Assembly (NCBI GenBank): GCA_963737065.1
Contig: CAVTRC010000001.1
Coordinates: 2,176,001 to 2,240,000 of the forward strand
Length of the DNA stretch: 64,000 nt
Source: Candidatus Eremiobacteria bacterium
GTDB taxonomy: Bacteria > Vulcanimicrobiota > Vulcanimicrobiia > Vulcanimicrobiales > Vulcanimicrobiaceae
Reading direction: 5' to 3'
Made by a program: the position numbers and the translations under genes. The notes beneath the pieces were generated by a model. It ran no database searches and was not told the origin of the DNA. It saw only the letters and a list, made by a program, of their open reading frames with translations. Below are positions 32,353 to 43,107 of the stretch, piece by piece (the stretch's first letter is position 1; the number at the start of each line of letters is the position of its first letter).

Positions 32353-33534
32353 TCACGTCGATGCGTCGAGTGCGACGATGCGTTTTCCCAAACTCGGGTG
32401 CGTGCCGAAGAAGAACTCGTACCATCCCGGCACGTCTTCTTCGGCAAGGTTCTGATCGCGCAGACGGCGGAACGCCGACGCACCCGCCTGCGGATTGCTT
32501 GTCGCCGCGAGCGCAAACCGGTCGGCGGCCCATTCACGCGATCGCGAGAACGCAGCCATCGCCGGACGCAACACGTGCATGCCCGCACCGGCGAGCGCGG
32601 CGATCCGCGCGATGCGCAGCGAATCGTCGCGATCGGTGGAACGTTCCGCGCGCGCGACGAGCGCCAGCAGGACTGCGGTCGCAAGTTCCGCCACAAAAAT
32701 CAACCGCCACGTGTCGCGCGACACGTAATGCCCTAGCTCGTGCGCGATAACGAACTCGATTTCGTCGGGCGCAAAGTTATCGATCAACGTATCGCCGAGC
32801 ACGATTCGATGCGTCTGCCCGACGCCCGCAACAAACGCATTTGCCTTGCGCGTTTGCCGGCTCATGTCCATGCGTAAAATCTCCGCGTCGCCGACGCCGA
32901 AGCGTGACGCCAGCGCGCGTAAGCGTATTTCCAGCGGTCCGTCGAGCCGTTCGAACGTATTGAAAAGCGGAAGAATGTACACGGGCACGATCACGTTCGC
33001 AAGCACGTAGAGCGGAAACGCGGCAAGCGCCGTGACGAACGGCCACGAGCGCGGGAAACGGCCGACGAGCGCTGCGGCGAGCGTCGCGAGCAAGGACGTC
33101 ACGATCGCTTCGATCGCCGTCGATTTCGCCCAATCACCGACATACGACCGCAGCGATTGTTCGCTCAGTCCGTAGCGCCGTTCGATGCGGAATCCTTCGG
33201 AGATCGAAACGGGAAGCTCCGCCGCGGCGCCGGTCAGCGAGGCGAACGCAGCAAACGCGGCTGGTCGTGCCCAACCGGGAAGCGGCGCGACGATGCGCGC
33301 GGTTCGCATTCCGACCGGTCCGTATGCAAACGCAAGTGCGGATGTCGTGGAGCGAAGAACATCGCTGACCGCAAAGGCGCGGCGCGCGCGTCCATACTGC
33401 GCGGCCTTCCCGTTCGGCTGCACAGGTGCTTGCGCGGTATCGCGCACGGCGCCGAGCGCCTCGATCGTGCGAATCGCCGCGTAACCCGTAAGTACGCCGG
33501 TTGCCAATCCAATCATGAACCCGCGGAGTTTCAT
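32353..33534 (-). CDS. M48 (Ste24-like) membrane metallopeptidase
   Basis: ANAFVAG, AHELGH, E..AD, THPS. Confidence 0.92.
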   Translation of the reverse strand: MKLRGFMIGLATGVLTGYAAIRTIEALGAVRDTAQAPVQPNGKAAQYGRARRAFAVSDVLRSTTSALAFAYGPVGMRTARIVAPLPGWARPAAFAAFASLTGAAAELPVSISEGFRIERRYGLSEQSLRSYVGDWAKSTAIEAIVTSLLATLAAALVGRFPRSWPFVTALAAFPLYVLANVIVPVYILPLFNTFERLDGPLEIRLRALASRFGVGDAEILRMDMSRQTRKANAFVAGVGQTHRIVLGDTLIDNFAPDEIEFVIAHELGHYVSRDTWRLIFVAELATAVLLALVARAERSTDRDDSLRIARIAALAGAGMHVLRPAMAAFSRSREWAADRFALAATSNPQAGASAFRRLRDQNLAEEDVPGWYEFFFGTHPSLGKRIVALDAST

Positions 33535-33571
33535 AGGTACGGTCTTACCCTCTCACGGGCCGCACGAGCGG

Positions 33572-35065
33572 CTAATTCACGCGGGGCTGCGCGACCGCGA
33601 CACGTTCGGCTTCTTGTAACGCTACGGTGCTCATCCGGCGCCCGTACGAGAAATAGAACAGCAAGCCGATTGTGAACCATATCAAAAATCCCAGCCAGAC
33701 CAGCGGAAAGAATCCCCAAACATACGGATTGCCGACCTTCAAGAAATACATGAGAAAGAGCGCCGCAATCGCCGAGATCGTCGGCAAAATGTATGGCCCG
33801 AACGGAACCGTGAAGGCCGACCGTAGTTCCGGGTGACGCAAGCGCAGTACGGGGACGGCCGCCGACGTCAGCACGAATGCCGCGAGCGTTCCCATATTCG
33901 TGAGCGAGCCGAGAATCGAGATGGGAAAGAATGCGCCGCCGGCCGCAATGAGGACGCCGAAGATTAACTGCGAGATCCACGGCGTTTTCCATACCGGATG
34001 AAGCCGCGTAAATGTCGGCGGAATCAGACCGTCGCGCGACATCGAGAAGAAGATGCGGCTCTGGCCGAACATCATGACGAGCATGACGGTCGTCAAACCG
34101 GCAAGCGCGCCGAAGGAGATGATCACGCTCGCCCACGGCAGGCCGACGTAATTCATTGCAAATGCGACTGGATCGGCGACGTTGAGTTTGTAGAACGGCA
34201 CCATTCCGTTCAGAATCGCCACGACGACGATAAAGAGAATCGTGCAGATGATCAGGCTCGCAATGATGCCGAACGGCAGATCGCGCGCCGGGTTCTTCGC
34301 TTCTTCGGCTGCCGTCGAAACCGCATCGAATCCGATGTACGCGAAGAAGCAGAACGCGGCGCCCCCGAGCATTCCGGTAATGCCGAAGGGAAAGTATCCG
34401 CCGAATCCAGTTTGCGGTCCGGGCGGAAGATGATAGTAGGCCGTGTTGATATGGCCCGCACCGACCGCGATAAAGAAGAGCACGATCGCGACTTTGATTG
34501 CAACGATCACGGCGTTGACCGAACTCGATTCACGCGTGCCGCGAACGAGCAGCCCGCTCAGAATACAGACGATGACGGCGGCCGGAATGTTCGCAACTCC
34601 GGGTGTCGGATCCCAATGGCTGTGCGTCCAAATCGCGGGCAAGTCGAAGCCCCAGACGTGCAAAATGTTCGTGAAAAAACCCGACCATCCGACGCTCACC
34701 GTTGCAGCGCCGAGCGCGTATTCCAACACCAAGCCCCATCCGACGATCCATGCGAGAAATTCGCCCCACGTCGCATATGTATAGGTATACGCGCTTCCTG
34801 AAATCGGGATTTTGCTCGAAACTTCTGCGTAGCACAGTGCCGCGAGCGCGCTCACGATGCCGGCGACGACGAAGGAGATCGTGATCGATGGCCCGCTTCG
34901 CGTTGCGGATGCGACGCCGGTGAACACGAAGATGCCCGTGCCGATGATTGCGCCGATGCCCATCGCGGTGAGCGCCCATGGGCCGAGCGATCGTTTCAAT
35001 CCATGCTGTTCGTTACGGCCTTCCGCGAGGATGCGTGCGAGGGGTTTGACGCGTTGTAAGATCAT
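33572..35065 (-). CDS. APC-family amino acid permease
   Basis: GIGAIIGTGIFV, GSAYTY, FFAYIGFDAV; GGAGGAG RBS. Confidence 0.95.
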   Translation of the reverse strand: MILQRVKPLARILAEGRNEQHGLKRSLGPWALTAMGIGAIIGTGIFVFTGVASATRSGPSITISFVVAGIVSALAALCYAEVSSKIPISGSAYTYTYATWGEFLAWIVGWGLVLEYALGAATVSVGWSGFFTNILHVWGFDLPAIWTHSHWDPTPGVANIPAAVIVCILSGLLVRGTRESSSVNAVIVAIKVAIVLFFIAVGAGHINTAYYHLPPGPQTGFGGYFPFGITGMLGGAAFCFFAYIGFDAVSTAAEEAKNPARDLPFGIIASLIICTILFIVVVAILNGMVPFYKLNVADPVAFAMNYVGLPWASVIISFGALAGLTTVMLVMMFGQSRIFFSMSRDGLIPPTFTRLHPVWKTPWISQLIFGVLIAAGGAFFPISILGSLTNMGTLAAFVLTSAAVPVLRLRHPELRSAFTVPFGPYILPTISAIAALFLMYFLKVGNPYVWGFFPLVWLGFLIWFTIGLLFYFSYGRRMSTVALQEAERVAVAQPRVN

Positions 35066-35125
35066 CGCTCCTCCTGATATGTCGTTCCGAGAATTCACGA
35101 GCATCGCGTCGAAACCCGTCGCAAC

Positions 35126-36622
35126 ATGATCTTACTCGAACATGGACGCATCTACGCCTTCGACCGCACATCACACCGTTTCACACGGTATTCCAACATG
35201 TTGGTCGATGGTGCCCGCATTGCGGCACTCGACGTCGATGTTTCCGGCATCAACGTGAGACGTATGGATCTCGACGGCCGCACGGTGTTGCCCGCGTTTG
35301 CCGACTGCCACGTGCATCTCGCCGAGACCGGCTATCATACCGGCGCGCGCTCGTTGCGCGGCGTTCCGAGCTATGCGGCGTATCAGCGCGCCGTCGAACG
35401 CGCGCCGATCGAACACGGCATGTTGTATCTCGGATTGTTCGACGACGCGCTGTGGCCCGATGGACGCGCCGACCGCGCTCCGGTCGAGCGGTATCACCCT
35501 AATGCGATTGCCATGATCGTGCGCGTCGACGGCCACTCGTGCATCGTCAACCGCAAAACGTTCACGTGGCTGGGTCTTCCCGCGGATCTCAACGGCATCG
35601 AACGAGACGAGGTCGACGCTCCGACGGGCCGTTTGTTTTACGAGGCAAATTGGCGCGCGCAGAAGACGCTGCTCGAACGGATGCCGGTCTCCGTGGTGCG
35701 CGGCGCCGAACGCCGCGGCGCCGAGGCCGCACTGGCGAACGGCATCGTTCACCTGCACGCGCAACTACTCGGCCGCGACGTGGACGGATATGCCGCGGAC
35801 ATCGAATCGTTCCGCGCGCTGCCGGTGAACGTGCACGCGAAAATCTGCGAACCCGATCCGCTGCTTGCCGAACGTTTCAATCTTCCGTACATCGGCGGTG
35901 ACGTATTTCTCGACGGTTCCATCGGCAGTTGCACGGCCGCCGTCTCGGTTCCGTATGAATCGGCCGGCCGTGGCGAATTGCGGTACACCGACGACGAAGT
36001 CTACGCATATTTTTCCGCAGCCGAAACGCACGGGATCTCGGCGGGCGTTCACGCGATCGGCGACGAGGCGATCGATCAATGCGTGCGCACGTGGATGCGC
36101 GTCCTCGCTGGTGCGCCGTCAGCGCGCGGCACGCGTCATTTCATCGAACATTTCGAAATCGCGCGCGAGGACCATATCGAACTGTGCGCGGCGATGAACA
36201 TCCACCTCTCCATGCAGCCGCAGTTCGACGCTTATTGGGGCGGCGATGGCGGTATGTACGAAGCGCGCCTCGGCGCAGCGCGCAAGCGCACGATGAACGC
36301 GCTCGGACGCCTCCATCGCGCCGGCGCAACAGTTTGTGGCGGATCGGACAGCCCCGTGTGCGTGCTCGACGCGCTCGCAGGAATGCAAGCCTGCGTCGAT
36401 CATAACGAACCATCGGAGCGTCTGACGCCACACGAAGCGCTCGCACTTTACACCGTGAATGCGGCGCGTTTCGGATTCGTTGAAACGCAAACCGGAAACC
36501 TCGAGCCGGGATTGCATGCGGACCTGGCCATTCTCGATAGCGATCCGCTCGACGGGGCCGCGTTCGACCGCTGCCGCGTCGTTGAAACGTGGCGCGGCGG
36601 CGAGTGCGCCTACTCCTTGTGA
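35126..36622 (+). CDS. Amidohydrolase (YtcJ-like)
   Basis: DCHVH, HAIGD, IEH, GSDSP. Confidence 0.9.
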   Translation: MILLEHGRIYAFDRTSHRFTRYSNMLVDGARIAALDVDVSGINVRRMDLDGRTVLPAFADCHVHLAETGYHTGARSLRGVPSYAAYQRAVERAPIEHGMLYLGLFDDALWPDGRADRAPVERYHPNAIAMIVRVDGHSCIVNRKTFTWLGLPADLNGIERDEVDAPTGRLFYEANWRAQKTLLERMPVSVVRGAERRGAEAALANGIVHLHAQLLGRDVDGYAADIESFRALPVNVHAKICEPDPLLAERFNLPYIGGDVFLDGSIGSCTAAVSVPYESAGRGELRYTDDEVYAYFSAAETHGISAGVHAIGDEAIDQCVRTWMRVLAGAPSARGTRHFIEHFEIAREDHIELCAAMNIHLSMQPQFDAYWGGDGGMYEARLGAARKRTMNALGRLHRAGATVCGGSDSPVCVLDALAGMQACVDHNEPSERLTPHEALALYTVNAARFGFVETQTGNLEPGLHADLAILDSDPLDGAAFDRCRVVETWRGGECAYSL

Positions 36623-36867
36623 CCAGCTTTGCGGCGCGTCGTCAGCTTGGCCATCAGCGAGGCGCGAACCGCGGGTGGCGGTGCGCTCGCTGGAACTGCG
36701 CCCGGTGCGCCGTGCCGGTGCACGCACTTGCAACGCCGGGGATTCCGCCGGCGCGGATCCGTGGGAGCCGGGAGGTCCCACGCCGCGCAGCCGTGGGCAT
36801 CGTGCAGTTCCGGGCCGTGGCCGCAAATGCAAATGGTCGACGCAGTAGTTAGCAGACTAGCGCTCAT
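36610..36867 (-). CDS. Small Cys/His-motif hypothetical protein
   Basis: CICGH...H...C...CKC. Confidence 0.45.
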   Translation of the reverse strand: MSASLLTTASTICICGHGPELHDAHGCAAWDLPAPTDPRRRNPRRCKCVHRHGAPGAVPASAPPPAVRASLMAKLTTRRKAGHKE

Positions 36868-36989
36868 TACAGCTCAACCGTACATAATTTTGGCCGAGCG
36901 TGCAAGGGCCCGCCGGACCGCAGCGTCGTCCGAAAAACTGTATGAGTCGTTCGCCTCATAGGACTTGAAGCCCATGCTATAGTGCCCTT

Positions 36990-38297
36990 GTGCATCACGG
37001 CTCGGCGGCGAAGCGTGAAAATCTTCCACACGTCGTGATTGTCGGTGGCGGCTTCGGCGGTCTGTATGCCGCGAAGGCGTTCGCTCGAGCGCCGGTGCGA
37101 GTCACGCTCGTCGACAAGAATAGTTATCACATGTTCCGCCCGCTGATGTATCAAGTGGCAACCGGAATCCTTTCTCCCGACGAGATTGCCGCGCCGCTGC
37201 GAACGATTTTCCGAAGCCAAGCGAATATTGAGGTTCGCATGGGCGAAGTGACCGGCATCGACACGCAGAAGCAGCTCGTGCACGTCGAGCCGTGCGATCT
37301 GCGCTATGACTATCTTGTGCTCGCGACGGGCATTCGGAGCAACTATTTCGGGCACGACGCCTGGGAACAGTATGCGCCGTCGCTTGATTCACTCGAGGGC
37401 GCGGAGAGAATGCGTCGCGACGTGTTGTTGGCGTTTGAAAAAGCCGAACGGCTCGCGTCATGCAACGCAAGCCCCGATCGAATACGCGCGATGATGACGA
37501 TCGTATTGGTCGGCGGCGGCACGGTCGGCGTTGAGTTGGCCGGCACACTCGCGGAGTTATGCCACATGGCGCGCAACGGTGAGTTTCGGCACATCGATCC
37601 CGGTGACGCCCAAATCGTTCTCTACGAAGGTGCACCGCGGATACTGCCGACATTCCCGGAACACTTGTCGTCGAAGGCAATGCAGCATCTCGAACATCTC
37701 GGTGTGAAAATCCGGACCGGTGTGCGCGTGGAACAAATCGACCGCACCGGCGTTGTGGCGGGCGGTACTCACGTTCCGAGCGCGACCGTCTTGTGGTCCG
37801 CGGGCGTCGTCGCGTCGCCCGCCGCAACCTGGTTAGGCGTTGAAGCGGCACGTGGCGGAAAACTAAAGGTCAATGCCGATCTTTCGGTGCCCGGACTACC
37901 AAACGTTTTCGCGATCGGCGACACCGCCGAAGTCGTTGCTCCCAAGCGCAATCTGTTTGGGATGAAAACGGGCAAGGCGGAGATGCCCGGCGTCGCGCAG
38001 CCCGCAATTCAGGAAGGCGAATTCGTTGCGAAGTTGATTGCAAGCATCGCCGAAGGCAAAGAGCGGCGAGCGACGTTTTCGTATGTCGACAAAGGCGATC
38101 TCGCGGTCGTTGGGCGCGGATACGCGATCGCCGACCTTCGCGTGTGGCGCTCCGCGGGGTTCTTCGCGTGGTTGATATGGGCGGGCGTTCACATTCTAAA
38201 CTTGATCGGCTATGCGAATCGATTTCTCGTCCTGGCTCGCTGGGCGATCACCTATCTCATGCGACGGCGCGACGCGCCGGTTGTCCAAGGCGACTAA
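36990..38297 (+). CDS. ndh: Type II NADH dehydrogenase-like FAD oxidoreductase
   Basis: GGGFGGL, PLMYQVATG, GGGTVGVELAG, AIGD, AQPAIQEG. Confidence 0.88.
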   Translation: MHHGSAAKRENLPHVVIVGGGFGGLYAAKAFARAPVRVTLVDKNSYHMFRPLMYQVATGILSPDEIAAPLRTIFRSQANIEVRMGEVTGIDTQKQLVHVEPCDLRYDYLVLATGIRSNYFGHDAWEQYAPSLDSLEGAERMRRDVLLAFEKAERLASCNASPDRIRAMMTIVLVGGGTVGVELAGTLAELCHMARNGEFRHIDPGDAQIVLYEGAPRILPTFPEHLSSKAMQHLEHLGVKIRTGVRVEQIDRTGVVAGGTHVPSATVLWSAGVVASPAATWLGVEAARGGKLKVNADLSVPGLPNVFAIGDTAEVVAPKRNLFGMKTGKAEMPGVAQPAIQEGEFVAKLIASIAEGKERRATFSYVDKGDLAVVGRGYAIADLRVWRSAGFFAWLIWAGVHILNLIGYANRFLVLARWAITYLMRRRDAPVVQGD

Positions 38298-38308
38298 TAG
38301 CGCGCGCG

Positions 38309-39403
38309 TTACACCAAAGTGATCGTCTCTTTCGGCTTCGGATGCGCGGCAAGCGACGCCAGCAACGCGTCCGCAAGCTGATCGACGATCGGATCGTCGA
38401 TCTCTTCAACCCGACCCTCATCGGCGAGCGCCGCTTTGCGCGGGTCGATCGGAATACACGCGAACATCGGCGCTTGAGCAAGTTCCGCGACGCGGCTCGC
38501 ATACGAGGGACCGAACACGTCATACTTCTTTCCCGTATCAGGCGCAACGAAATACGACATGTTCTCCACCACACCGAGGATTGGTTTTTTCAGTTGATGC
38601 ACGAGATTCGCCGCCTTCCGCACGATCATCGTCGCAAGCGCTTGCGGCATCGTCACCAACACGACTCCGTCAACCGACAGTGATTGCAATACGGTCAATG
38701 GTGCATCCGACGTTCCCGGCGGCAGATCGATCAGCAGCACGTCCAGATCGCTCCACAACACTTGCTCGTAAAATTGGCGGATAACGCCCGAGAGAATCGG
38801 GCCGCGCCAAATCATCGCGGTGTCTTCTTTGTCGGTCAGCAGATTCGCGCTCACGACTTCAATGGCGCTGCGCGAGACGGCCGGCACCATGAGCGGCTGC
38901 GGGTTGCCTTGCGGCGTTTTCGGCGCATTGGGGTCGGCTTCAATTGCAAGCGGTGTGTGCAAGCCGAGGAGTTTGGGAATCGAGGGTCCGGTGATGTCGC
39001 CGTCGAGAATGCCGACCGAGAGATGTTTGCGCCGCAATCCGAGCGCGAACAACGCGGTGACGAGCGATTTGCCGACGCCGCCTTTGCCCGACATGACGGG
39101 CACGACGTGTTTGATGCGCGCGCGACCGCTGAATTGTCCGGGTGCGCGACGCGACGCCGCCTTATCGTCGTTGGAGATCAGCGGAACGAAACCCGAAAGG
39201 CGCGCCTGCGTGAGCGCCGCAACGATTGGTTCGGCGCGCAAGCCATGCGCTTTTGCACCCTGTTCGATCGTCTCGTACTTGCTGACGCCGCAACCGGAGC
39301 ACCCAAGACCGAACTGCGTCAACACATCCGCCGCGATCGGCAGCGCCGAGACGAGCTCCTTGATGTTGCTCTGCGGGGAAATCGGCATCTCTACGTGAGG
39401 CAT
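38309..39403 (-). CDS. mrp: Mrp/NBP35 (ApbC) Fe-S carrier ATPase with an N-terminal DUF1858-like domain
   Basis: SGKGGVGKS, WRGP, DLPPGTSD, GVVENMS; N-terminal GLGCSGC...ETIEQGAKAHG. Confidence 0.88.
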   Translation of the reverse strand: MPHVEMPISPQSNIKELVSALPIAADVLTQFGLGCSGCGVSKYETIEQGAKAHGLRAEPIVAALTQARLSGFVPLISNDDKAASRRAPGQFSGRARIKHVVPVMSGKGGVGKSLVTALFALGLRRKHLSVGILDGDITGPSIPKLLGLHTPLAIEADPNAPKTPQGNPQPLMVPAVSRSAIEVVSANLLTDKEDTAMIWRGPILSGVIRQFYEQVLWSDLDVLLIDLPPGTSDAPLTVLQSLSVDGVVLVTMPQALATMIVRKAANLVHQLKKPILGVVENMSYFVAPDTGKKYDVFGPSYASRVAELAQAPMFACIPIDPRKAALADEGRVEEIDDPIVDQLADALLASLAAHPKPKETITLV

Positions 39404-39496
39404 CGCTTCTATTAAACCATGTACCGCCATCAACGGCTGCGCCAAAAGCGGCCCACGATCGTATTCGGGAAGCGCAACTCCGCGGTGCCGTCAAAA

Positions 39497-40441
39497 CTAC
39501 GAGGAAGGAGACGCGATCGTTCGTTTTGGCGCATCATAGACGTACGCCTCTCGATTCCAACCCGCGGCCGTGAAGCACAGCTCGTAAATGGAATCGATGA
39601 ACGCCGTGATCGCGGCAGCGGGATCTTCAAGAGAACGCACGTCGTCGTAAGGCATCGTCCATTCGTGTAGCGCTGTAGACCACGTTGCCGGCGAAGCTAC
39701 CGGCAAATGTGCCGCATTGGGCGGCTCCGGGTAGATGTACCCGTAGAAAAATGGCGCGTTGTGTTCGTCCCCGACATAGAGTCCCACGTTCATTAATTCA
39801 GCATCGAGATCGTATTTCATGATGTAGCCGCGATCGGTCGGCGCGGCCACGCGCCGGCCGCTAAATAGAATGAGCGCTAAGTCGAAAGCGCCCCACCACA
39901 ATGGAATACCTGTGCGTCCGAAGAAACGCGCGCGCCACGAATCAAACACAGTCGCGGTGGCTGTCGTCGCGCGGAACCAACGTTGCACGGCAGGCGGGTC
40001 GTACTCGCTCGGACGACGATCGTCATTGAAGGGTGTCGTGTCCGGGACTTCCTGAGGGACGGGCGAGAGGTAACAGGTCAGGCGCAGTTCGCGCAGCGCG
40101 GCAGACACGGCGGCGAACACTTCGGCAATCGTTCGTACCGGCAACAACGGGATGGTTCGTTTCTCACCGTCGCTACGCGCGATAACGATCGTCGAGTCGA
40201 ACACGTCGAGCATCGCCTCGAATGAGCCGCGTCCGAACGGTATGAATCCCGTGGTGAACCCGCGAGCCGTGAGAGATAACGGCGTGAACATCCAGTTTGG
40301 CTGCGACGGCGATAATGCGACGCGCATCTTGCCGAGCATCTGCGAATACAGATGGAGGCTCCGCTTCGTTCCCGCCCACGTTGCAACGTCAATGTCCGGC
40401 CAAACCGAGCCGTCATGAGCGGCATTATCCGATGTGATCAT
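39497..40441 (-). CDS. DUF5996-like protein
   Basis: LHLYSQMLGK.R.AL....NW, WWGAFDLA...FSGR, FYGYIYPEP. Confidence 0.75.
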   Translation of the reverse strand: MITSDNAAHDGSVWPDIDVATWAGTKRSLHLYSQMLGKMRVALSPSQPNWMFTPLSLTARGFTTGFIPFGRGSFEAMLDVFDSTIVIARSDGEKRTIPLLPVRTIAEVFAAVSAALRELRLTCYLSPVPQEVPDTTPFNDDRRPSEYDPPAVQRWFRATTATATVFDSWRARFFGRTGIPLWWGAFDLALILFSGRRVAAPTDRGYIMKYDLDAELMNVGLYVGDEHNAPFFYGYIYPEPPNAAHLPVASPATWSTALHEWTMPYDDVRSLEDPAAAITAFIDSIYELCFTAAGWNREAYVYDAPKRTIASPSS

Positions 40442-40473
40442 GGCGTGTAACGGCCTTTTCGCCGCGACGCCCG

Positions 40474-40737
40474 TTACAACCGCTGATCGACGGTAACGAC
40501 CGCGAGGTGTCGCGACGCGAGACGCACGAACCAATAACAGAGCAGGGATAAAAGCGCAGCATCATCCAGCAATCCCAAGCCCGGTATGTCGCTGAAGAGA
40601 TCGATCGGCGATATAATCAACACCGCAATTACGAGCGTCGCTGCCTTGAGCATCAACGGTACACGCATATCGCGCATCAACGGCACGGCGCGGAACACCG
40701 AGCTCTTGGCGGCAAGCAGAAGGCGAAGAACGTTCAT
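40474..40737 (-). CDS. YkvA/DUF1232 membrane protein
   Basis: SPIDLFSDIPGLGLLDD. Confidence 0.85.
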   Translation of the reverse strand: MNVLRLLLAAKSSVFRAVPLMRDMRVPLMLKAATLVIAVLIISPIDLFSDIPGLGLLDDAALLSLLCYWFVRLASRHLAVVTVDQRL

Positions 40738-41569
40738 GGAGCATGCTACTCCGTCACCCGGCAATGAGTTTCGGCAGCCGAGCGATGCGTCGTTTACGGC
40801 GGCGATCCCCGAGCGATACGAGAAAGATCTCGTGCCGCTGCTCTTCGAGCCGTACGCCCGCGACCTGTGCGATCGCGTCGCTCGGTATGCGCCCTCGCGC
40901 GTCTTGGAGATCGCCGCGGGCACCGGTGCGCTTACCCGTGAACTCGGTGCTGCGCTTCCCGAAAGCAACATCGTTGCGACGGATCTGAATCAAGCGATGC
41001 TCGATGTTGCGGCACGTTCGGTGCACGCTGCGAACGTTCGCTTAGAACGGGCTGATGCGGCTTCGCTGCCGTTCGAAGCGCACACGTTCGATGTGGTGGT
41101 CGCGCAGTTCGGCGTCATGTTCTTTCCCGATAAGGGTTCGGCGTTTCGCGAAGCGCGGCGCATGTTACGAGACGATGGAACGTTCATTTTCAGCGTCTGG
41201 GACGGCGCAGCAAAAAATCCGTTCGACGATGCTATCTGCGAAACATACAAGCGGCATACCGGTGAGGCGTGTTTCCTCGAACGCGTGCCGTTCGGCTATT
41301 CCGATCGGGACCGCGTTACAAACGATCTGCGGCGCGCCGGATTTACGAACATTTGGATAGAGCGGGTGAAACGAACGACAACGGTGCGGTCCCCCGTTCA
41401 TGCATTCGACGCGCTCGTGAACGGGTCGCCCCTCGCAGCGGATTTTGATTCGCTTGGCATGGAGCGCGGGTCCGCGGTCCGCGCTGCAATAGCCGAACGC
41501 CTCACAAGTCTCTTCGGAGACGGCGAATTCAACAACGACATGTGCGCGCTCGTAATCGCCGCATCCTGA
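40736..41569 (+). CDS. Class I SAM-dependent methyltransferase
   Basis: VLEIAAGTG, TDLN..ML, QFGVMFFPD. Confidence 0.9.
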   Translation: MEHATPSPGNEFRQPSDASFTAAIPERYEKDLVPLLFEPYARDLCDRVARYAPSRVLEIAAGTGALTRELGAALPESNIVATDLNQAMLDVAARSVHAANVRLERADAASLPFEAHTFDVVVAQFGVMFFPDKGSAFREARRMLRDDGTFIFSVWDGAAKNPFDDAICETYKRHTGEACFLERVPFGYSDRDRVTNDLRRAGFTNIWIERVKRTTTVRSPVHAFDALVNGSPLAADFDSLGMERGSAVRAAIAERLTSLFGDGEFNNDMCALVIAAS

Positions 41570-41577
41570 ACGCGCGT

Positions 41578-41766
41578 CTACCAGAGCGCGCCGTCGGATA
41601 CGAGAATGTAGACGATCGGACCGAGACCCCAAACCAGGCTGACGATGAACCAAATGAGTTTCTTGGCGCCGTCGAGATCGGTTCGGCCGAGCAAGTTCAT
41701 CCACATCAGCACCATCGCAATCGGGTGCAAGACGATCGACAGCAAAATTTCGAAGAGCAGCTTCAT
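41578..41766 (-). CDS. Small two-TM protein (PLDc_N-like)
   Basis: KKLIWFIVSLVWGLGPIVYIL. Confidence 0.65.
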   Translation of the reverse strand: MKLLFEILLSIVLHPIAMVLMWMNLLGRTDLDGAKKLIWFIVSLVWGLGPIVYILVSDGALW

Positions 41767-41835
41767 GCTTAACTTATAGCAAATACGATCGAGCCTCAAA
41801 CGGTGTGCTCGCATTCGCGTCGAAGCCCCGCGGTA

Positions 41836-43107
41836 ATGGAAACCCAAACGACGATCGAGCGCGCTTCCGCCGTACTTGCAGGCGGGTGCGACTCGCCGGT
41901 GCGCAGCGGCTGGAGTGTGAGCGCTCCGATGTTCGTGCAAACGCGTGCGCATGGCGCGTACGCGTTCGATGAAGAAGGTCGCCGCTATATCGATTACATT
42001 ATGGCGTACGGGCCGCTGCTCTTCGGGCACACGCATCCGGCGCTGGTAACAAACCTCGACGAGATCGCGCGTGAGGGGTTCGTGTGGGGCACGACGCATC
42101 CGCAAGAAATCAGGCTTGCGGAGCGCATTCGTTCGTATTTGCCCTCGATGGAACGTATGCGGTTCGTCTCAACCGGTACCGAAGCGATCATGAGCGCGAT
42201 CCGCGTTGCGCGCGCGTATACTCGACGGAACGTGATTCTGAAGTTCGCCGGCAATTACCACGGCCACAGCGATTTAGCATTGCTCGGCGCAGGTGCTTCC
42301 GCTCACACGTCCGACGCAAGCGCCGGCGGAATCCCAGCGGGCATAGTGGGCGATGTGCTCGTCGCGCGGTACAACGATCTCGACAGCGTTCACGCGCTGA
42401 TTCGCGGTCGTGAACAGGACATCGCGGCAATCATCGTCGAGCCGATCGTGGGGAACATGGGGTACGTTACGCCGGCTGCGGGTTTTCTCGAAGCGTTGCG
42501 CGAGCGAACGCACCGTCTCGGAGCGCTCTTGATTTTTGACGAAGTGATCACGTGGCTGCGCTTTGGCCTGCGCGGCGCGCAAGGACGCGTCGGCATTACG
42601 CCCGACATGACCACGATCGGAAAGATCATGGGAGGCGGCGCGCCGATTGCCGCATTCGGCGGACGTGAAGACATCATGCGCGTTCTCGCGCCGCAAGGAC
42701 TCACATTCACCGGCGGAACGCACGGCGGAAACCCATTCAGCGTGGCGATGGCGCACCGCGTGATCGATCTGCTCGAACGCCACCCCGAGTACTACGACGA
42801 CATGAATCGGCTCGCGCGACGCCTTGCGGACGGCATCCGTGACATCTTTCGATATCGGGGACTACCATATGCTGTCGTGCAAAGCGAGTCGATCGTCGAC
42901 TTCAAATTCCGCGCAGGCGCGCCGAACCGCAATTACGACGATGCGCTCGCGGCCGACAAAGCGAAGTACGGCGCGTACTACAAAGCGATGCTGGAACGCG
43001 GAATTCTCCTACCGCCGTCGCAGAATGAAGTCATGTTCGTCTCCGTTGCGCACACGCAAGCTGACATCGACGAGACGATTGCAGCGATCGGCGAGTCGAT
43101 CGAATGA
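41836..43107 (+). CDS. hemL: Glutamate-1-semialdehyde 2,1-aminomutase
   Basis: GG.DSPVR, YGPLLFGH, GTEA.MSAIRVAR, LIFDEV, GKIMGGG. Confidence 0.88.
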   Translation: METQTTIERASAVLAGGCDSPVRSGWSVSAPMFVQTRAHGAYAFDEEGRRYIDYIMAYGPLLFGHTHPALVTNLDEIAREGFVWGTTHPQEIRLAERIRSYLPSMERMRFVSTGTEAIMSAIRVARAYTRRNVILKFAGNYHGHSDLALLGAGASAHTSDASAGGIPAGIVGDVLVARYNDLDSVHALIRGREQDIAAIIVEPIVGNMGYVTPAAGFLEALRERTHRLGALLIFDEVITWLRFGLRGAQGRVGITPDMTTIGKIMGGGAPIAAFGGREDIMRVLAPQGLTFTGGTHGGNPFSVAMAHRVIDLLERHPEYYDDMNRLARRLADGIRDIFRYRGLPYAVVQSESIVDFKFRAGAPNRNYDDALAADKAKYGAYYKAMLERGILLPPSQNEVMFVSVAHTQADIDETIAAIGESIE

